Below are positions 31,331-42,070 of a stretch of DNA of 64,000 nucleotides, piece after piece. The DNA comes from an uncultured Actinomycetes bacterium. GTDB lineage: Bacteria > Actinomycetota > Thermoleophilia > UBA2241. The translations under genes were made by a program, and so were the position numbers. The notes under the pieces are model-generated. The model worked only from the letters and a program-made list of their open reading frames with translations, searched no databases and was not told the DNA's origin. The stretch is from contig CAVWIH010000020.1 of the NCBI GenBank assembly GCA_963755025.1, positions 1-64,000 on the forward strand. The letters run 5' to 3'. Numbering within the stretch: position 1 is the stretch's first letter; every line of letters begins with the position of its first letter.

Positions 31331-32632
31331 GTGCCGATCTGGAACGAGCAACGCGAGACCATCAGGCGCACCGACCTCGAGGCGCTGCAGCTCGACGGAC
31401 TGCGCCGCACGGCCGCTCTGTGCTCGGCGCACGTACCCTTTTACCGCACGGCCTTCGACGAGCTCGGCGTGGTCCCCGGCGACATCGCTACGCTGGCCGA
31501 CCTCTCGCGGCTGCCGTTCACTACCAAAGACGACTTTCGCAAGGCCTACCCGTACGGGCTGTTCGCCGTGCCGCTCGAGCAGGTGGTCGAGGTGCACTCG
31601 TCGTCGGGCACCACCGGCACGCCGGTGGTCGGCGGTTACACGCGGGCCGACCTTGACACCTGGGCCGAGCTCGTGGCGCGCCTGGCGTCGGCGGCCGGGG
31701 TCGTGCCGGGCGACGTCGCCCAGGTGGCCTTTGGCTACGGCATGTTCACCGGTGGCTTTGGCCTGCACTACGGGCTGCAGCGCATCGGCGCGCTTGTGGT
31801 GCCCCACTCCGCCGGCAACACGACGCGCCAGATCCAGTTCATGCAGGACTTCGGCACCACCGTGCTCATCTGTACGCCGTCGTACGCGCTCTACCTGAGC
31901 GAGGCCGTCGAGCAGGCCGGGGTGCGCGACCGCCTGGCGCTGCGCCTCGGCCTGTTCGGCGCCGAGGCCTGCAGCGACGCCCTGCGCGCCCGCATAGAGC
32001 AGCGCTGGGGCATCTCGGCGACCGACAACTACGGGCTCACCGAGGTGATCGGCCCGGGCATCGCCGGCGAGTGCGAGCACAAGGACGGCATGCACATCTC
32101 CGAAGACCATTTTCTGGTCGAGGTGCTCGACCCGGCAAGCGACGAGCCGGTGCCCGACGGCGAGGTCGGCGAGCTCGTGGTCACCTCGCTCACCAAGGAG
32201 TGCTCGCCGGTGCTGCGCTACCGCACCGGCGACCTGTCGCGCGTCACGCACGAGCGCTGTGCCTGCGGCCGCACGACGGCCCGCATGGGCAAGATCATCG
32301 GCCGCACCGACGACATGTTCATCGTGAGCGGCGTCAACGTCTTCCCCTCGACCGTCGAGTCGGTGCTCTTCCGCATCGAGGGCCTCGAACCGCACTACGA
32401 GATCGTGCTCGACCGCTTGGGCGAGTTGGACACGTTCACGGTGCAGGTCGAGGTCACCGAGGAGCTCTTCAACGGCTGGATGGACGACCTCGTGGCCTTC
32501 GAACGTCAGGTCACCGAGACGCTACGCTCGGCGTTGCTCGTGCGCCCCAAGGTCAAGCTCGTCGAGGCGGGCTCGCTCACGCGCTTCGAGGGCAAGGCGC
32601 GGCGCGTGATCGACAACCGGCCGCTCGGGTAA
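31331..32632 (+). CDS. paaK: Phenylacetate--CoA ligase family protein
   Basis: LPFTTKDDFR, HSSSGTTG, FGYGMFTGGFG, YGLTEVIGPG, RYRTGD, GRTDDM, GVNVFP; AAGGAG RBS. Confidence 0.9.
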   Translation: MPIWNEQRETIRRTDLEALQLDGLRRTAALCSAHVPFYRTAFDELGVVPGDIATLADLSRLPFTTKDDFRKAYPYGLFAVPLEQVVEVHSSSGTTGTPVVGGYTRADLDTWAELVARLASAAGVVPGDVAQVAFGYGMFTGGFGLHYGLQRIGALVVPHSAGNTTRQIQFMQDFGTTVLICTPSYALYLSEAVEQAGVRDRLALRLGLFGAEACSDALRARIEQRWGISATDNYGLTEVIGPGIAGECEHKDGMHISEDHFLVEVLDPASDEPVPDGEVGELVVTSLTKECSPVLRYRTGDLSRVTHERCACGRTTARMGKIIGRTDDMFIVSGVNVFPSTVESVLFRIEGLEPHYEIVLDRLGELDTFTVQVEVTEELFNGWMDDLVAFERQVTETLRSALLVRPKVKLVEAGSLTRFEGKARRVIDNRPLG

Positions 32633-32761
32633 GGGGCGCCGGCCGCTCGGGTAAGAGGCGCCGCTCGGCTGAAGGCGCCGCGCGGCGCGCCTGCGCCGCC
32701 CCGCGGTGGCGCTCCGTCGTCGGGCTCAGGCGCCCGCCGACCGGCTCGCCCCTGCACGCAG

Positions 32762-32803
32762 AACCAGACCGGGGCCCTGGTCTCCCCGGGCCCCGGTCTG
32801 GTT
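32762..32803. terminator. 16-bp inverted repeat between convergent genes
   Basis: AACCAGACCGGGGCCC pairs with GGGCCCCGGTCTGGTT. Confidence 0.6.
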
Positions 32804-32920
32804 GTTCGGAGGCTTCCTCTCCCCGCGATTTGGTCTCCAAGTGCTGTATCGGTCCCGGGCCGCGGCGATGAGATAGAACGAGTGTCTACGGTGGCCATCG
32901 CAGGGCCGCCGCGGCAGTGC

Positions 32921-34967
32921 TTACGCGGTGACGCGCACCAGTTCGAGGTGGCTGGTCGAGCCGTCTAAGACCTTGCGCACGCCGTCGTCGTGGATGCTCT
33001 CGATGCCGCGGGCACGGGCCGCCGCGCGCATCTCGCCGACGGTGGCGCCCACGGCGATCATCTCGCGCAGTTCGTCGTCGATGGTGAGCACCTCGTAGAG
33101 CCCGAGACGGCCGTAGTAACCGGTGCCGAAGCACTTAGGGCAGCCGACCGGCGTGTAGATGTTCATGCGGGCCCCGGGCGCCTCGCCCAGGCCGAGCTCG
33201 ACCCAGCGCGCGGCGGTGAGCACGTCGGGCTTGCGGCAGTGGCGGCACAGGCGGCGCACAAGGCGCTGCGAGACGATGCAGCGGTAGGCGGCGGCCACCA
33301 GGTAGGCCGGCAGGCCCATCTCGATGAGGCGGTTGATCGACGAGATGGCGTCGCCGGTGTGCAGCGTGGTGAACACGAGGTGGCCGGTGATGGCGGCGTC
33401 GGCGGCCATTTTGGCGGTCTCCAGGTCGCGCACTTCGCCGACCATGATGACGTCGGGGTCGGCGCGCACCAGCGAGCGCAGCGCCTGGGCGAAGGTAAGG
33501 CCGATGATGGGCTTGACCTCGGTCTGCACCACGCCGTGCAGCTTGCGCTCGATGGGGTCTTCGACCGTGTAGATCTTGCGCTCCTTGGACTTGATGAGCT
33601 CGAGCGTGGTGTAGAGCGTGGTCGACTTGCCGCTGCCGGTGGGCCCGCCGATGACGATGCCGCCATCGGGCCGGCGGATGGCTTCTTCGAAGCGCGTCAG
33701 GCTGGTGCCGGCGAAGCCCAGCGAGAGCAGCGTGGGCGGCAGCGGCGATGACTTCGAGCACGCGGATGGTCATGTTCTCGCCGTACAGGCTCGGGATAGA
33801 GGCCAGGCGCATGTCGACGACGTCGCCGTCGGCGGTCTCGAAGCTGGTGCGCCCGTCCTGGGGCAGGCGGCGTTCGGCGATGTCCATGCCGGCCATGATC
33901 TTCATGCGGCTGAGCACGCCGGCCTGGAGATCGCTCGAGTACTCGCGCAGGTCGTGCAGGACGCCATCGACCCGGCAGCGGATCTGCAGCATGTCTTCGC
34001 GCGGCTCGACGTGGATGTCGGAGGCCTTCATGCCGATGGCGTCGGTCAGCACCGAGTCGACGATCTCGATGATCGAGGCGTCGAGGGCGCCGGGCGGCTC
34101 GGGGCGGTTGTCGCCCTCGGCGCTCTCGAGCTCTTTGAGCTTGCCGCGCTTGCTCGTGAAGATGGAGAGGGCTTCGTCGAAGGCGCTCTCGGCGCAGATG
34201 GCGGGCACGACGTTGCGCTTGGTGCGCAGCCGGACTTCGTCGATGACGACGACGTCGAGCGGGTTGGTCATGGCGATGACGAGGCCGCCGTTGTCGTCTA
34301 GGCGAAGCGGCAGCAGACGGTGGCGCACGATGAAGTCGCGCGGCAGCAGGCCGACCGCCGCCGGGTTAGGTGTGACGGCGCGCAGGTCGACGACGGACAG
34401 GTGCATCTGGCCGGCCAGGGCGTGGATGAGGTCGTCTTCGGAGACCAGACCCGCCGCGACCAGGACCTCGCCGAGGCGGCCGCCCGCCTGCTGCTGGCGG
34501 GCCAGCGCGTCGTCGATCTGGGCCTGGCTGACGATGCCGCTCTCGACCAGCATGGCGCCCAGCTTGAGGCGGCCGGCGCTGCGCCGGTGGCGGCGGTCGA
34601 TGGCGACCTGCAGCTTGTCGCGCAGGTCTTCGACCCGGAACGGCTTGGTGACGTACTCGGCGATGCCCAGGCGGTGCGCCTGCTCGAAGGTCTCGAAGTC
34701 GTTGGTCGCCGAGAGCACGATCACCGGCGCGGCGCGCAGGGCCGGCGTGGAGTTCATGAGCTTGAGCACGTCGAAGCCCTCGATGCCCTGCAGGTCGATG
34801 TCGAGCAGCAGGGCGTCGGGCGGCGCGTCGCGCAGCGCACGCAGCGCCGCCTGACCGCCCTCGAAGGTCGCCACGTCGAAGGCGCCCTCGAAGAAGGCGG
34901 CGAGCTGCTCGCGCAGGTCGATGTCGTCGTCGACGACGACGAGGCGCTTTTTGGACGCTTTGCTCAC
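32921..34967 (-). CDS. GspE/PilB-family ATPase with N-terminal receiver and MshEN domains; frame break near 33745
   Basis: VVDDD..LLDI..KP receiver; tandem (K/R)LG..LV..G.VS motifs; ASDIHVEP, ERRLPQDGR, GPTGSGKSTT, DPDVIMVGEVRD, TGHLVFTTLH, CxxC...CxxC. Confidence 0.9.
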
Positions 34968-35004
34968 GGGGTCACTCCGGCCGCTGGTTCCTCTCCGGCT
35001 AACA

Positions 35005-35032
35005 GCATCGGCAAGTGGCGGGCGAAGGATTA
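35005..35032 (-). promoter_or_regulatory. Candidate sigma-28 (FliA/WhiG-like) promoter TAAT-N16-GCCGATGC
   Basis: Resembles TAAA-N15/16-GCCGATAA, about 38 nt upstream of the GTG. Confidence 0.4.
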
Positions 35033-35126
35033 CGTGCCGGCCGTTGCGTCGCGGCGAGGTGAAGGGTGGACGTTGCGGTCGCGGCAACGAAGGGCCGGCA
35101 CCGACGCCGGTCGCGGCCTGGGGGAG

Positions 35127-35230
35127 ACGCCGCGTGCGCGGCGCCGAACGTGGCACGCCGCGTGCGCGGCGCGGAACGCGGGCACGCCGCGTGCGCGGCG
35201 CGGAACGCGGGCGCGCCGCTTGCGCGGCGC
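35127..35230. repeat. Intergenic tandem repeat, 28-29-bp unit ACGCCGCGTGCGCGGCGCGGAACGCGGGC x~3.7
   Basis: Directly visible; unit is internally palindromic. Confidence 0.85.
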
Positions 35231-35602
35231 AGCTGTGGTGAAGGTGACTCTCACGGCGCGGGGGCGGCCGGTATGGGTAAAGGGCCGGGCCGGTTTGGGG
35301 CCTTCGCATGATGCGGGCTGGTGGGTACAGTCGAAGGAGACCGGCCCGGCAGGGAGAGGGAAGCGATATCCGGGCGTGAAGCCCGATCCGGTGTCGTGGT
35401 CAGGTGGTATCGACCTTTCGGTGGTGGGGTCTGCCCTTCGTATCGGCAGCGTGGCTGGGCTCGACAGGGGCCGCGCCGACAAACCGTTGTCAGGCGGCGC
35501 AACGGAGCCCAGGCCTCTGCTCTCCGCCTCTGCTATACTTCCGCCGCTTGCCGGGCAGGGTGCCTTACGGCCCGGTCCCTGAGCCCCCACAGGAGTCGGC
35601 CA

Positions 35603-36986
35603 GTGTTCCAGAAGGTCCTCATCGCCAACCGCGGGGAGATCGCCGTTCGCGTCATCCGCGCCTGCCGCGAACTGGGCGTGGCCACTGTCGCGGTCTACTC
35701 GTCGGCCGACGAGTCGTCGCTCCACGTGCGCCTACGCCGACGAGGCCGTCTGCATAGGCCCGCCGCCCGCCGCGCAGAGCTATCTCGTCATGCAGAACCT
35801 CATCATGGCCGCCGTCACGCACGGCGCCGACGCCATTCACCCCGGCTACGGCTTTCTCGCCGAGAACGCCGCCTTCTCGCGCCTGTGCGCGCGACAACGA
35901 CCTCACCTTCATCGGGCCGGGCCCCGAGTCGATCGAGACTGATGGGCGACAAGGCCATGGCGCGCGCCACCATGACCGCCGCCGGCGTGCCGGTCACGCC
36001 CGGCTCCGACGGGGTGATCGGCCGACGTCGCCGCGGCCGAGGAGGTCGCGCGCGCCATCGGCCTGCCGGTCATGGTCAAGGCGTCGGCGGGGGGCGGCGG
36101 CAAGGGCATCCGCATCGTGCACGATGCCGCTGCCCTTGCCGCCGCCGTGCGCCAGGCCAGCAGCGAGGCCCAGGCCGCCTTCGGCGACGGCGCCGTGTAC
36201 GTCGAGAAGTACATCGCCAAGCCCGCGCCACGTCGAGATCCAGATGCTCGCCGACGGCGAGGGCCACGCCATCCACCTGGGCGAGCGCGACTGCTCCATC
36301 CAGCGCCGCCACCAGAAGCTGATCGAGGAGGCGCCGTCGCCGGCCGTCTCACCCGAGCTGCGCGGCGCGCATGGGCGAGGCCGCCGTCGAGGCGGCGCGC
36401 GCCGCCCGCTACAAGGGCGCCGGCACGGTCGAGTTCCTGCTCGACCCCGCCGGGCGACTTCTATTTCATGGAGATGAACACCCGCGTGCAGGTCGAGCAC
36501 TGCGTGACCGAGATGGTCACCGGCATCGACATCGTCAAGACCGGCATCCGCATCGCCGCCGGCGAAGGCCTGGCGCTGCGCCAGAGCGACGTCACGATCA
36601 CCGGCCACGCCATCGAGTTCCGCATAAACGCCGAAGACCCGGAGCGCGACTTTCTGCCCTCGCCGGGCACGGTCACGGGCTGGTCGCCGCCGGGCGGTCC
36701 CTGGGTGCGCTTCGACTCGCACGTCTACCCGGGCTACACGGTGCCGCCCTTCTACGACAGTCTGCTCGGCAAGCTCGTCGTCTGGGGCCGCGATCGCGAC
36801 GAGGCTCTGGCTCGCGCCCGCTGGGCGCTCGCCCAGTTCCGCGTCGCGGGCGTCGCCACCACGATCGCCTTCCACCTGCGCGTGCTCGAGCACCCGCTGT
36901 TTCGCGCCGGCACGGTGACCACGCACTTCATCGACGAAGACCTCGAGCACGCCGCGGCGCGCGTGGAGCCCTCGCCTGCGGGGTAG
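35603..36986 (+). CDS. accC: Biotin carboxylase; several frame breaks
   Basis: [73 protein letters not shown]; TATACT -10 at 35534. Confidence 0.92.
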
Positions 36987-37069
36987 GTACGAGCAAGGCC
37001 CGCAGGCGCGCCCACAGGGGCGACGCCCGGGCAGGCGTATCACCCAGAACACGAAAATCGAGGCGCTTC

Positions 37070-37744
37070 ATGCCACTGCTTTCCGACGACGAATCCGCGC
37101 GGCTGGTCGAGCTGCTCGACCGCGAGCTCCAGGCCGACGTGACCCTCATCCACTTCACCAGGCACGCGAGCCGGCTGGTCGTGCCGGGCGTCGTGCCCTG
37201 CGACAGCTGCGCCGACACCGAGGCCCTGCTCGACGAACTTGCCGGCCTGAGCGACCACCTCGTGCTCGAGGTCCACGACATCGCCGCCGAGCCCGAGCTG
37301 GCGCGCGGGTACGGCATCGACAGGGTGCCGGCCACGGTGATCGTCGGGCCCGGCGCGCGCGGCCCGGTACGGCTCTTCGGCCTGCCTTCGGGCTACGAGT
37401 TCGCCACCCTGCTCGAGGACCTGATCGACGTGAGCACCGGCCACGACGACCTGAGCGGCGACACGCTCGCCGCCCTCGTCGCGCTCCCCCGCGACCTTCA
37501 CCTGCAGGTCTTCGTCACGCCCACGTGCCCGCACTGCCCGGGCGCGGCGCGCACCGCCCACCAGCTCGCCATGGCGAGCGACCGCATCACCGCCGACGTC
37601 ATCGTGGTCAACGACTTCCCCGAGCTGGCGGAGCGCTACGACGTGCTGGCCGTGCCGAAAGTGGTGATCGACGACGCCGGAAGTTTTGAGGGCGCGCTGC
37701 CCGAAGACGAGTTCGTGGCGCAGCTCGTCAAGGCGGCGGCGTAG
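37070..37744 (+). CDS. Protein disulfide oxidoreductase (double thioredoxin fold, AhpF-NTD-like)
   Basis: CDSC and CPHC motifs, GLPSGYEF, VPK, FEGALPE. Confidence 0.88.
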   Translation: MPLLSDDESARLVELLDRELQADVTLIHFTRHASRLVVPGVVPCDSCADTEALLDELAGLSDHLVLEVHDIAAEPELARGYGIDRVPATVIVGPGARGPVRLFGLPSGYEFATLLEDLIDVSTGHDDLSGDTLAALVALPRDLHLQVFVTPTCPHCPGAARTAHQLAMASDRITADVIVVNDFPELAERYDVLAVPKVVIDDAGSFEGALPEDEFVAQLVKAAA

Positions 37745-37810
37745 CGGGGGCGCCGAGGTCTCGAAGGGGCGCGGCGCGCGGGGGCGCACCTTGGGGGCGC
37801 CGCGAGCCCG

Positions 37811-37859
37811 AGCCGGCTGCGGCGGGCATGGGAGCTCGGGGGCACGCCTCGCGAATCAG
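37811..37859 (-). repeat. Dispersed intergenic repeat, copy 1 (others at 40001-40033 and 54230-54289)
   Basis: 32/33 identity to 40001-40033; 24/26 identity to 54230-54255. Confidence 0.75.
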
Positions 37860-38164
37860 CCCCCACGCCCGCCTCCGCCGGCTCGAGGCGACGAAACCGG
37901 GATGCGAGGGCGGCGCGAGGCTCTTCGAGCTTGCGCAGAACCCCACGAAAGCACGGCGTTTGTTCCGAATCTGCGCGCGAGGTCGCCTCAGGCAGGCTTG
38001 AGGGGGCCGCAGGGCGCGGCGAAAGGGCGACTCGCGGGCGCACCATGCACGGGCACGAGGCTCCTCGAGCTCGTGCGGTTTGGGGGCGGTGGCGGGGCGG
38101 GGTGCGAGCGGTCTAGTATCGGGTGGACAGGTCCATAAGGCCACGCGACCGGGGGGAGCGCGGA

Positions 38165-38797
38165 ATGACGACAGAGAGTGGCCAGCCCAAGCCGGCTCGT
38201 CCGGCGGCCGACGTGGCGCCCGCCTGGCTGCGCTACCCGTCGCAGATCTCCGACGCCGAAGCGCGCGGGCTGCTGTCAGCGCAGGACAAGGCCAGGACGG
38301 CGACGCCGGGGTTGCAGACGGCGCTCACCGTCGCGACGGTGGTGGCGATCCTCGTCACCATCCTTGCGGGGGCCATCTTCAACTTTTCGCACTTCCGGGC
38401 GATGGACATCACCCGCGCGTTCCATCCCGGGGGCGTCCCGGCGGGCGGGGTCGTCGACTACAGCGCGGCCGGTGCCGCGCTCCTCGCCGTCGCCGCGGCC
38501 GGTGTCGCCCTTGCCGGGGTTCGGCTCGACGTGACCGAGCGCACGCGCACCGTGCTGATGACGGTCGGCGCCGCCGGCATGGTCGTCATGGGAGCCGGCG
38601 CCGGGATCATGCTCGACCCCTCGCGCCGGGCGCTCCTGGAGCACTATCACGTGGGTATCTGGGGCAGCCGGGCGTCGTTCGACTTGCTACTGCACGAGCT
38701 TGCCGCCTGCGGCTGGGTGGTCGCGGCCTGCGGCGTCGCCGTGGTCGTGCTCATGCGCACGCAGCGGCGCCGGGTCGCGGCGGCCTATCCGGAGTGA
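38165..38797 (+). CDS. Hypothetical 4-TM membrane protein
   Basis: GGGAG RBS, hydrophobic segments, GC3-rich codons. Confidence 0.65.
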   Translation: MTTESGQPKPARPAADVAPAWLRYPSQISDAEARGLLSAQDKARTATPGLQTALTVATVVAILVTILAGAIFNFSHFRAMDITRAFHPGGVPAGGVVDYSAAGAALLAVAAAGVALAGVRLDVTERTRTVLMTVGAAGMVVMGAGAGIMLDPSRRALLEHYHVGIWGSRASFDLLLHELAACGWVVAACGVAVVVLMRTQRRRVAAAYPE

Positions 38798-38842
38798 GGG
38801 GTCGGGCGGACCGACCTTTGTTGCGGAGCGCTCGGGTGCGGC

Positions 38843-39355
38843 CTACTCGGTGACCGACCCCACCTCGGGCGCCGGCTCGGGGTGCAACGCCGCTGCCCAG
38901 AAGACGCGGTCGGCCAGCGCCAGGGCGGTGCCCACCGCGAGGTAGAGCGTGGCCAGGCAGACGCGGCCCCACGAGTAGTCGACGAGCGCCGTGCGGCGCA
39001 GCATCATGCCGCCGCCCATCATCACGACGACGAACGCCCACGACAGGGGCGCGAAGAAGCCGAAGTAGCAAGCGTGCCCGCGACGGCGGATGCGCGCCAC
39101 GGCCTTGCCCGCGTATCTGATGAGGATGAGGCGCGCCTTCACGTTGCCTATGACGACCGCCACCAGCGCGATCGGCACGATCCAGTAGTCGAAGTGAAAG
39201 TCGGGACCGGGCCGCTCGATGAACAGCACGCCGCGAATGAGCAGCACGCTCACCGCCACGAGCCAGAGCACCGCCGCCGAGAACATCTGCACGCGCACGC
39301 CGGCGCGGGGCGTGATGCGGTCCCACCAGGGGCGCGTGGCGTGCGTGATCGTCAT
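38843..39355 (-). CDS. Hypothetical 4-TM membrane protein
   Basis: Hydrophobic helices, CYFGFF..SW, YLAVGTAL. Confidence 0.7.
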   Translation of the reverse strand: MTITHATRPWWDRITPRAGVRVQMFSAAVLWLVAVSVLLIRGVLFIERPGPDFHFDYWIVPIALVAVVIGNVKARLILIRYAGKAVARIRRRGHACYFGFFAPLSWAFVVVMMGGGMMLRRTALVDYSWGRVCLATLYLAVGTALALADRVFWAAALHPEPAPEVGSVTE

Positions 39356-39591
39356 GGCCTCAGGATACCAGCTGGCATAACGGTGCGGCCTGACGGCGGC
39401 CGCACCGTGGCGGTGGCCGGGTGCACCTGCCGGACGGAGGAGCGCGGCCCTCGCCCTGGTCGCCGCAAGCACACCACGCCGTCGCGGCAACGGGTTAGCG
39501 AACCAAGTTGTGTGGGTTATGAGGCTCTATTGCTGATAACGGTGCGCTTCGCTTGCTGGTTGGAGGGCGCCCAGACATTCAAGAGGTGACC

Positions 39592-39894
39592 ATGATCTCC
39601 GTCATCGTGCAGCACGAGGTACGCGACTACGACACCTGGAGGCCCGTGTTCGACGAACACGCGACGGTGCGCCAGCAGCACGGCGCCACGGGCCACGAGA
39701 TCTACCGCGGCCTGGACAACCCCAACGAGCTGACGATCGTGAACCACTTCCCTTCGCGGGAGCAGGGCGAGGCCTTCGCCTCCGACCCGTCGCTGCCCGA
39801 CGCGATGCAGCGCGGCGGCGTCATCGGCCAGCCGCGCGTGACCTTCGTTGGCGAGCCTGAGATCGTCTCGTACCGCCAGAGCAAGGCGGCCTGA
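39592..39894 (+). CDS. Small dimeric alpha/beta-barrel (cyclase/ABM-like) protein
   Basis: HEVRDYDTWRPVFD..DNPNE..MQRGGV; GAGGT RBS. Confidence 0.75.
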   Translation: MISVIVQHEVRDYDTWRPVFDEHATVRQQHGATGHEIYRGLDNPNELTIVNHFPSREQGEAFASDPSLPDAMQRGGVIGQPRVTFVGEPEIVSYRQSKAA

Positions 39895-40000
39895 GAGGCG
39901 CCTATCGAAGCGGCGCGGCGAGCCCGCGGGCTCGCTCGCGTGTACGACCAGGGAGAAGCCGCCGAGCCCGGCGGCGCTCACGGGCGCATGGCTCCGCGTC

Positions 40001-40033
40001 GCCCCCGAGCTGCCATGCCCGCCGCAGCCGGCT
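40001..40033 (+). repeat. Dispersed intergenic repeat, copy 2
   Basis: GCCCCCGAGCTGCCATGCCCGCCGCAGCCGGCT. Confidence 0.75.
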
Positions 40034-40110
40034 GGCCCGCAGCCGCCCCGAACGACGGCACCGCCCCGACAGCGCCAACGACAGGCGGGGGGCCGCCCGC
40101 TCGCGCGGCT

Positions 40111-40953
40111 TCAGTCTTCTTCGGCCCGCACGCCGTACCCCGCCGCCGCGATCTTGGCGAGCAGCTCGGCGGCCGGCGGGCGCAGCAGCCGTTCGACGGC
40201 CGCCGCGTCGTCGCCGCGCGCCGAGAGGGTGATGCGCAGGGTCACCGCCGGTCCCATCTTTTTGGCCCGTGACTTCACGTACACCTCGGGGTGGGCCTGC
40301 TCGACGCCGCCCAGTATGTCGGCGATGGCCGACTCGTCCTGCAGGTCGACGACCAGCGTGCGCTCCTCGTAGTGGGCGACGTGGAAGATGCCGGCGAAGA
40401 CGCCACCGAGCGACTCTTCGACGATCGCCTCGAGCTCCTCGGGCACGCCCGGCAGGCTGACGAACGTCGTGCCGCCGCGCCGCAGCACGACGCCCGGGGC
40501 GCCGCCCACGGGGTTGACCACAGGCGCGGCGCCCTGTGGCAGGCGCGCCATCTTGCGGCGCGGCTCGTTCAACTCGGCGAACGGCACGAGGCCGGCGGCG
40601 GCGAAGCGCGCGTAGGACTCGCGCACGAGGCGCTCGGCCTCGGGGTGCAGTTCGAGCGGCACATCGAGGCCGCGGGCGATGCCGGCGAGGGTCATGTCGT
40701 CGGCCGTGGGCCCCAGGCCGCCGACCGTGAAGACCAGGGCGGGGGCGCGGCCCAGGGCGCCGCGCACCTCGGCGGCGATGGCGTCGAGGTCGTCGCGCAC
40801 GAGCACGGCGCGGGTGACGGCGCCGCCCAGCGCGGTCACGAGGCGGCAGAGCAGGTTGGAGTTGGTGTCGAGCACGTCGCCGAGCAACACCTCGTTGCCG
40901 GCCGCCACGATCTCGACCCTCGGGGTGCTCGAACCGACCGCCGCGGGGCTCAC
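40111..40953 (-). CDS. CinA N-terminal (molybdopterin-binding-like) domain protein without PncC domain
   Basis: GNEVLLGDVLDTNS, GGLGPTADDMT, NPVGGAPG, LPGVPEE. Confidence 0.85.
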   Translation of the reverse strand: MSPAAVGSSTPRVEIVAAGNEVLLGDVLDTNSNLLCRLVTALGGAVTRAVLVRDDLDAIAAEVRGALGRAPALVFTVGGLGPTADDMTLAGIARGLDVPLELHPEAERLVRESYARFAAAGLVPFAELNEPRRKMARLPQGAAPVVNPVGGAPGVVLRRGGTTFVSLPGVPEELEAIVEESLGGVFAGIFHVAHYEERTLVVDLQDESAIADILGGVEQAHPEVYVKSRAKKMGPAVTLRITLSARGDDAAAVERLLRPPAAELLAKIAAAGYGVRAEED

Positions 40954-41086
40954 CGCGGCCTCGGTGGGCGTTGCGCAAAGCGGGTCATCGGCGCTCCTTC
41001 GGCGGACTGTCGGTCGGCGTCCGGCCACTGCCCGTCGGGCGCCGGGCGAGCCTCCGCCCGCCCCTTTGCGATATCGTACACGAGCC

Positions 41087-41809
41087 ATGCGCACCATCTG
41101 TTTTCTGCAGCACGACGACCACGATCCGCCCGCGCTCATGGGCGAGTACCTGCGCGACGCCCGCTTCGAGCTCGACGTGCGGCGCCTCGACCTGGGCGAC
41201 TTGCTGCCGTATGCCGGCGAGCTCGACGGCCTCGCGGCGCTGATCTCTCTGGGCGGCGCCCTGAACGTCGACGACGACGCCACCCACCCGTTCCTGGCCG
41301 ACGAGCGCGAACTGCTCGCCGAAGCCATCGCCCGCGAGGTGCCCACGCTCGGGGTCTGCCTCGGCGCCCAGCAGCTCGCCCTGGCCGGCGGCGGCGAGGT
41401 CTATCGTCGCGAGAGCCTGTTCCTGGGCTGGAACCCGATCGAGTTCGCGGCGCGCGACGCGCTCGTCTACGACCTGCACCCGCGCCCGCTCGTCTTTTCG
41501 TGGCGCGACTACGCCTGCCGGCTGCCCGACGCGGCGCTGGTGCTGGCAGAGGGCGACGCCGGGGGGAGCGACGAGCCGCAGATCTTTCGCTTTGGCGAGG
41601 TCGCCTGGGGGCTCATGTTCCACCCCGAGGTCGACAAACCGCTGCTGCTCGACTGGTTCGAGCGCGATGCCGCCGTGGTCGAGCGGGCCTACCCGGGCGG
41701 CGTCAAGCCTCTCCTCAAGATGAGCAAGCGCGAACTGTTGCGCTCCGCCATGGTGTGCGGCCAGCTCATGGCGAACTTTCTGGCCGCAGGGCGGGTGCGC
41801 GAGCGCTAG
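41087..41809 (+). CDS. Type 1 glutamine amidotransferase
   Basis: SLGG, LGVCLGAQ nucleophile elbow, FHPE. Confidence 0.88.
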   Translation: MRTICFLQHDDHDPPALMGEYLRDARFELDVRRLDLGDLLPYAGELDGLAALISLGGALNVDDDATHPFLADERELLAEAIAREVPTLGVCLGAQQLALAGGGEVYRRESLFLGWNPIEFAARDALVYDLHPRPLVFSWRDYACRLPDAALVLAEGDAGGSDEPQIFRFGEVAWGLMFHPEVDKPLLLDWFERDAAVVERAYPGGVKPLLKMSKRELLRSAMVCGQLMANFLAAGRVRER

Positions 41810-41822
41810 GTCGCAGTGGGCG

Positions 41823-41928
41823 TGAGGCACTGGCGCGGCGGGGCGTGAGGCTCTGGCGGGGCGGCAATGAGGCTCTGGCGGGGCGGCACTGAGGCTCTGG
41901 CGCAGCGGGACTGAGGCTCTGGCGGGGC
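41823..41928. repeat. Intergenic tandem repeat, 22-bp unit TGAGGCTCTGGCGGGGCGGCAC x5
   Basis: TGAGG at 41823, 41846, 41868, 41890, 41912. Confidence 0.85.
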
Positions 41929-41955
41929 CGGCTTGTCGAAGGCCGGCCCCGCCTG

Positions 41956-42070
41956 AAAAAAGGCAGCCCCAGAGGGGGGTCTGGGGCTTGTGAAAGGAGC
42001 CATGGGTGGTACCTGGGGGGGTACCGAACGACCCGGACGTACCGCGGTTGGGGAGGCCTGGCCCGAAGTC
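41956..42070 (-). ncRNA. Candidate 6C-like small RNA
   Basis: Hairpins GGUACC-CCCCCA-GGUACC and AGCCCCAGA-CCCCCC-UCUGGGGCU followed by U6; upstream TTTACA-N18-TAGTGT. Confidence 0.65.
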
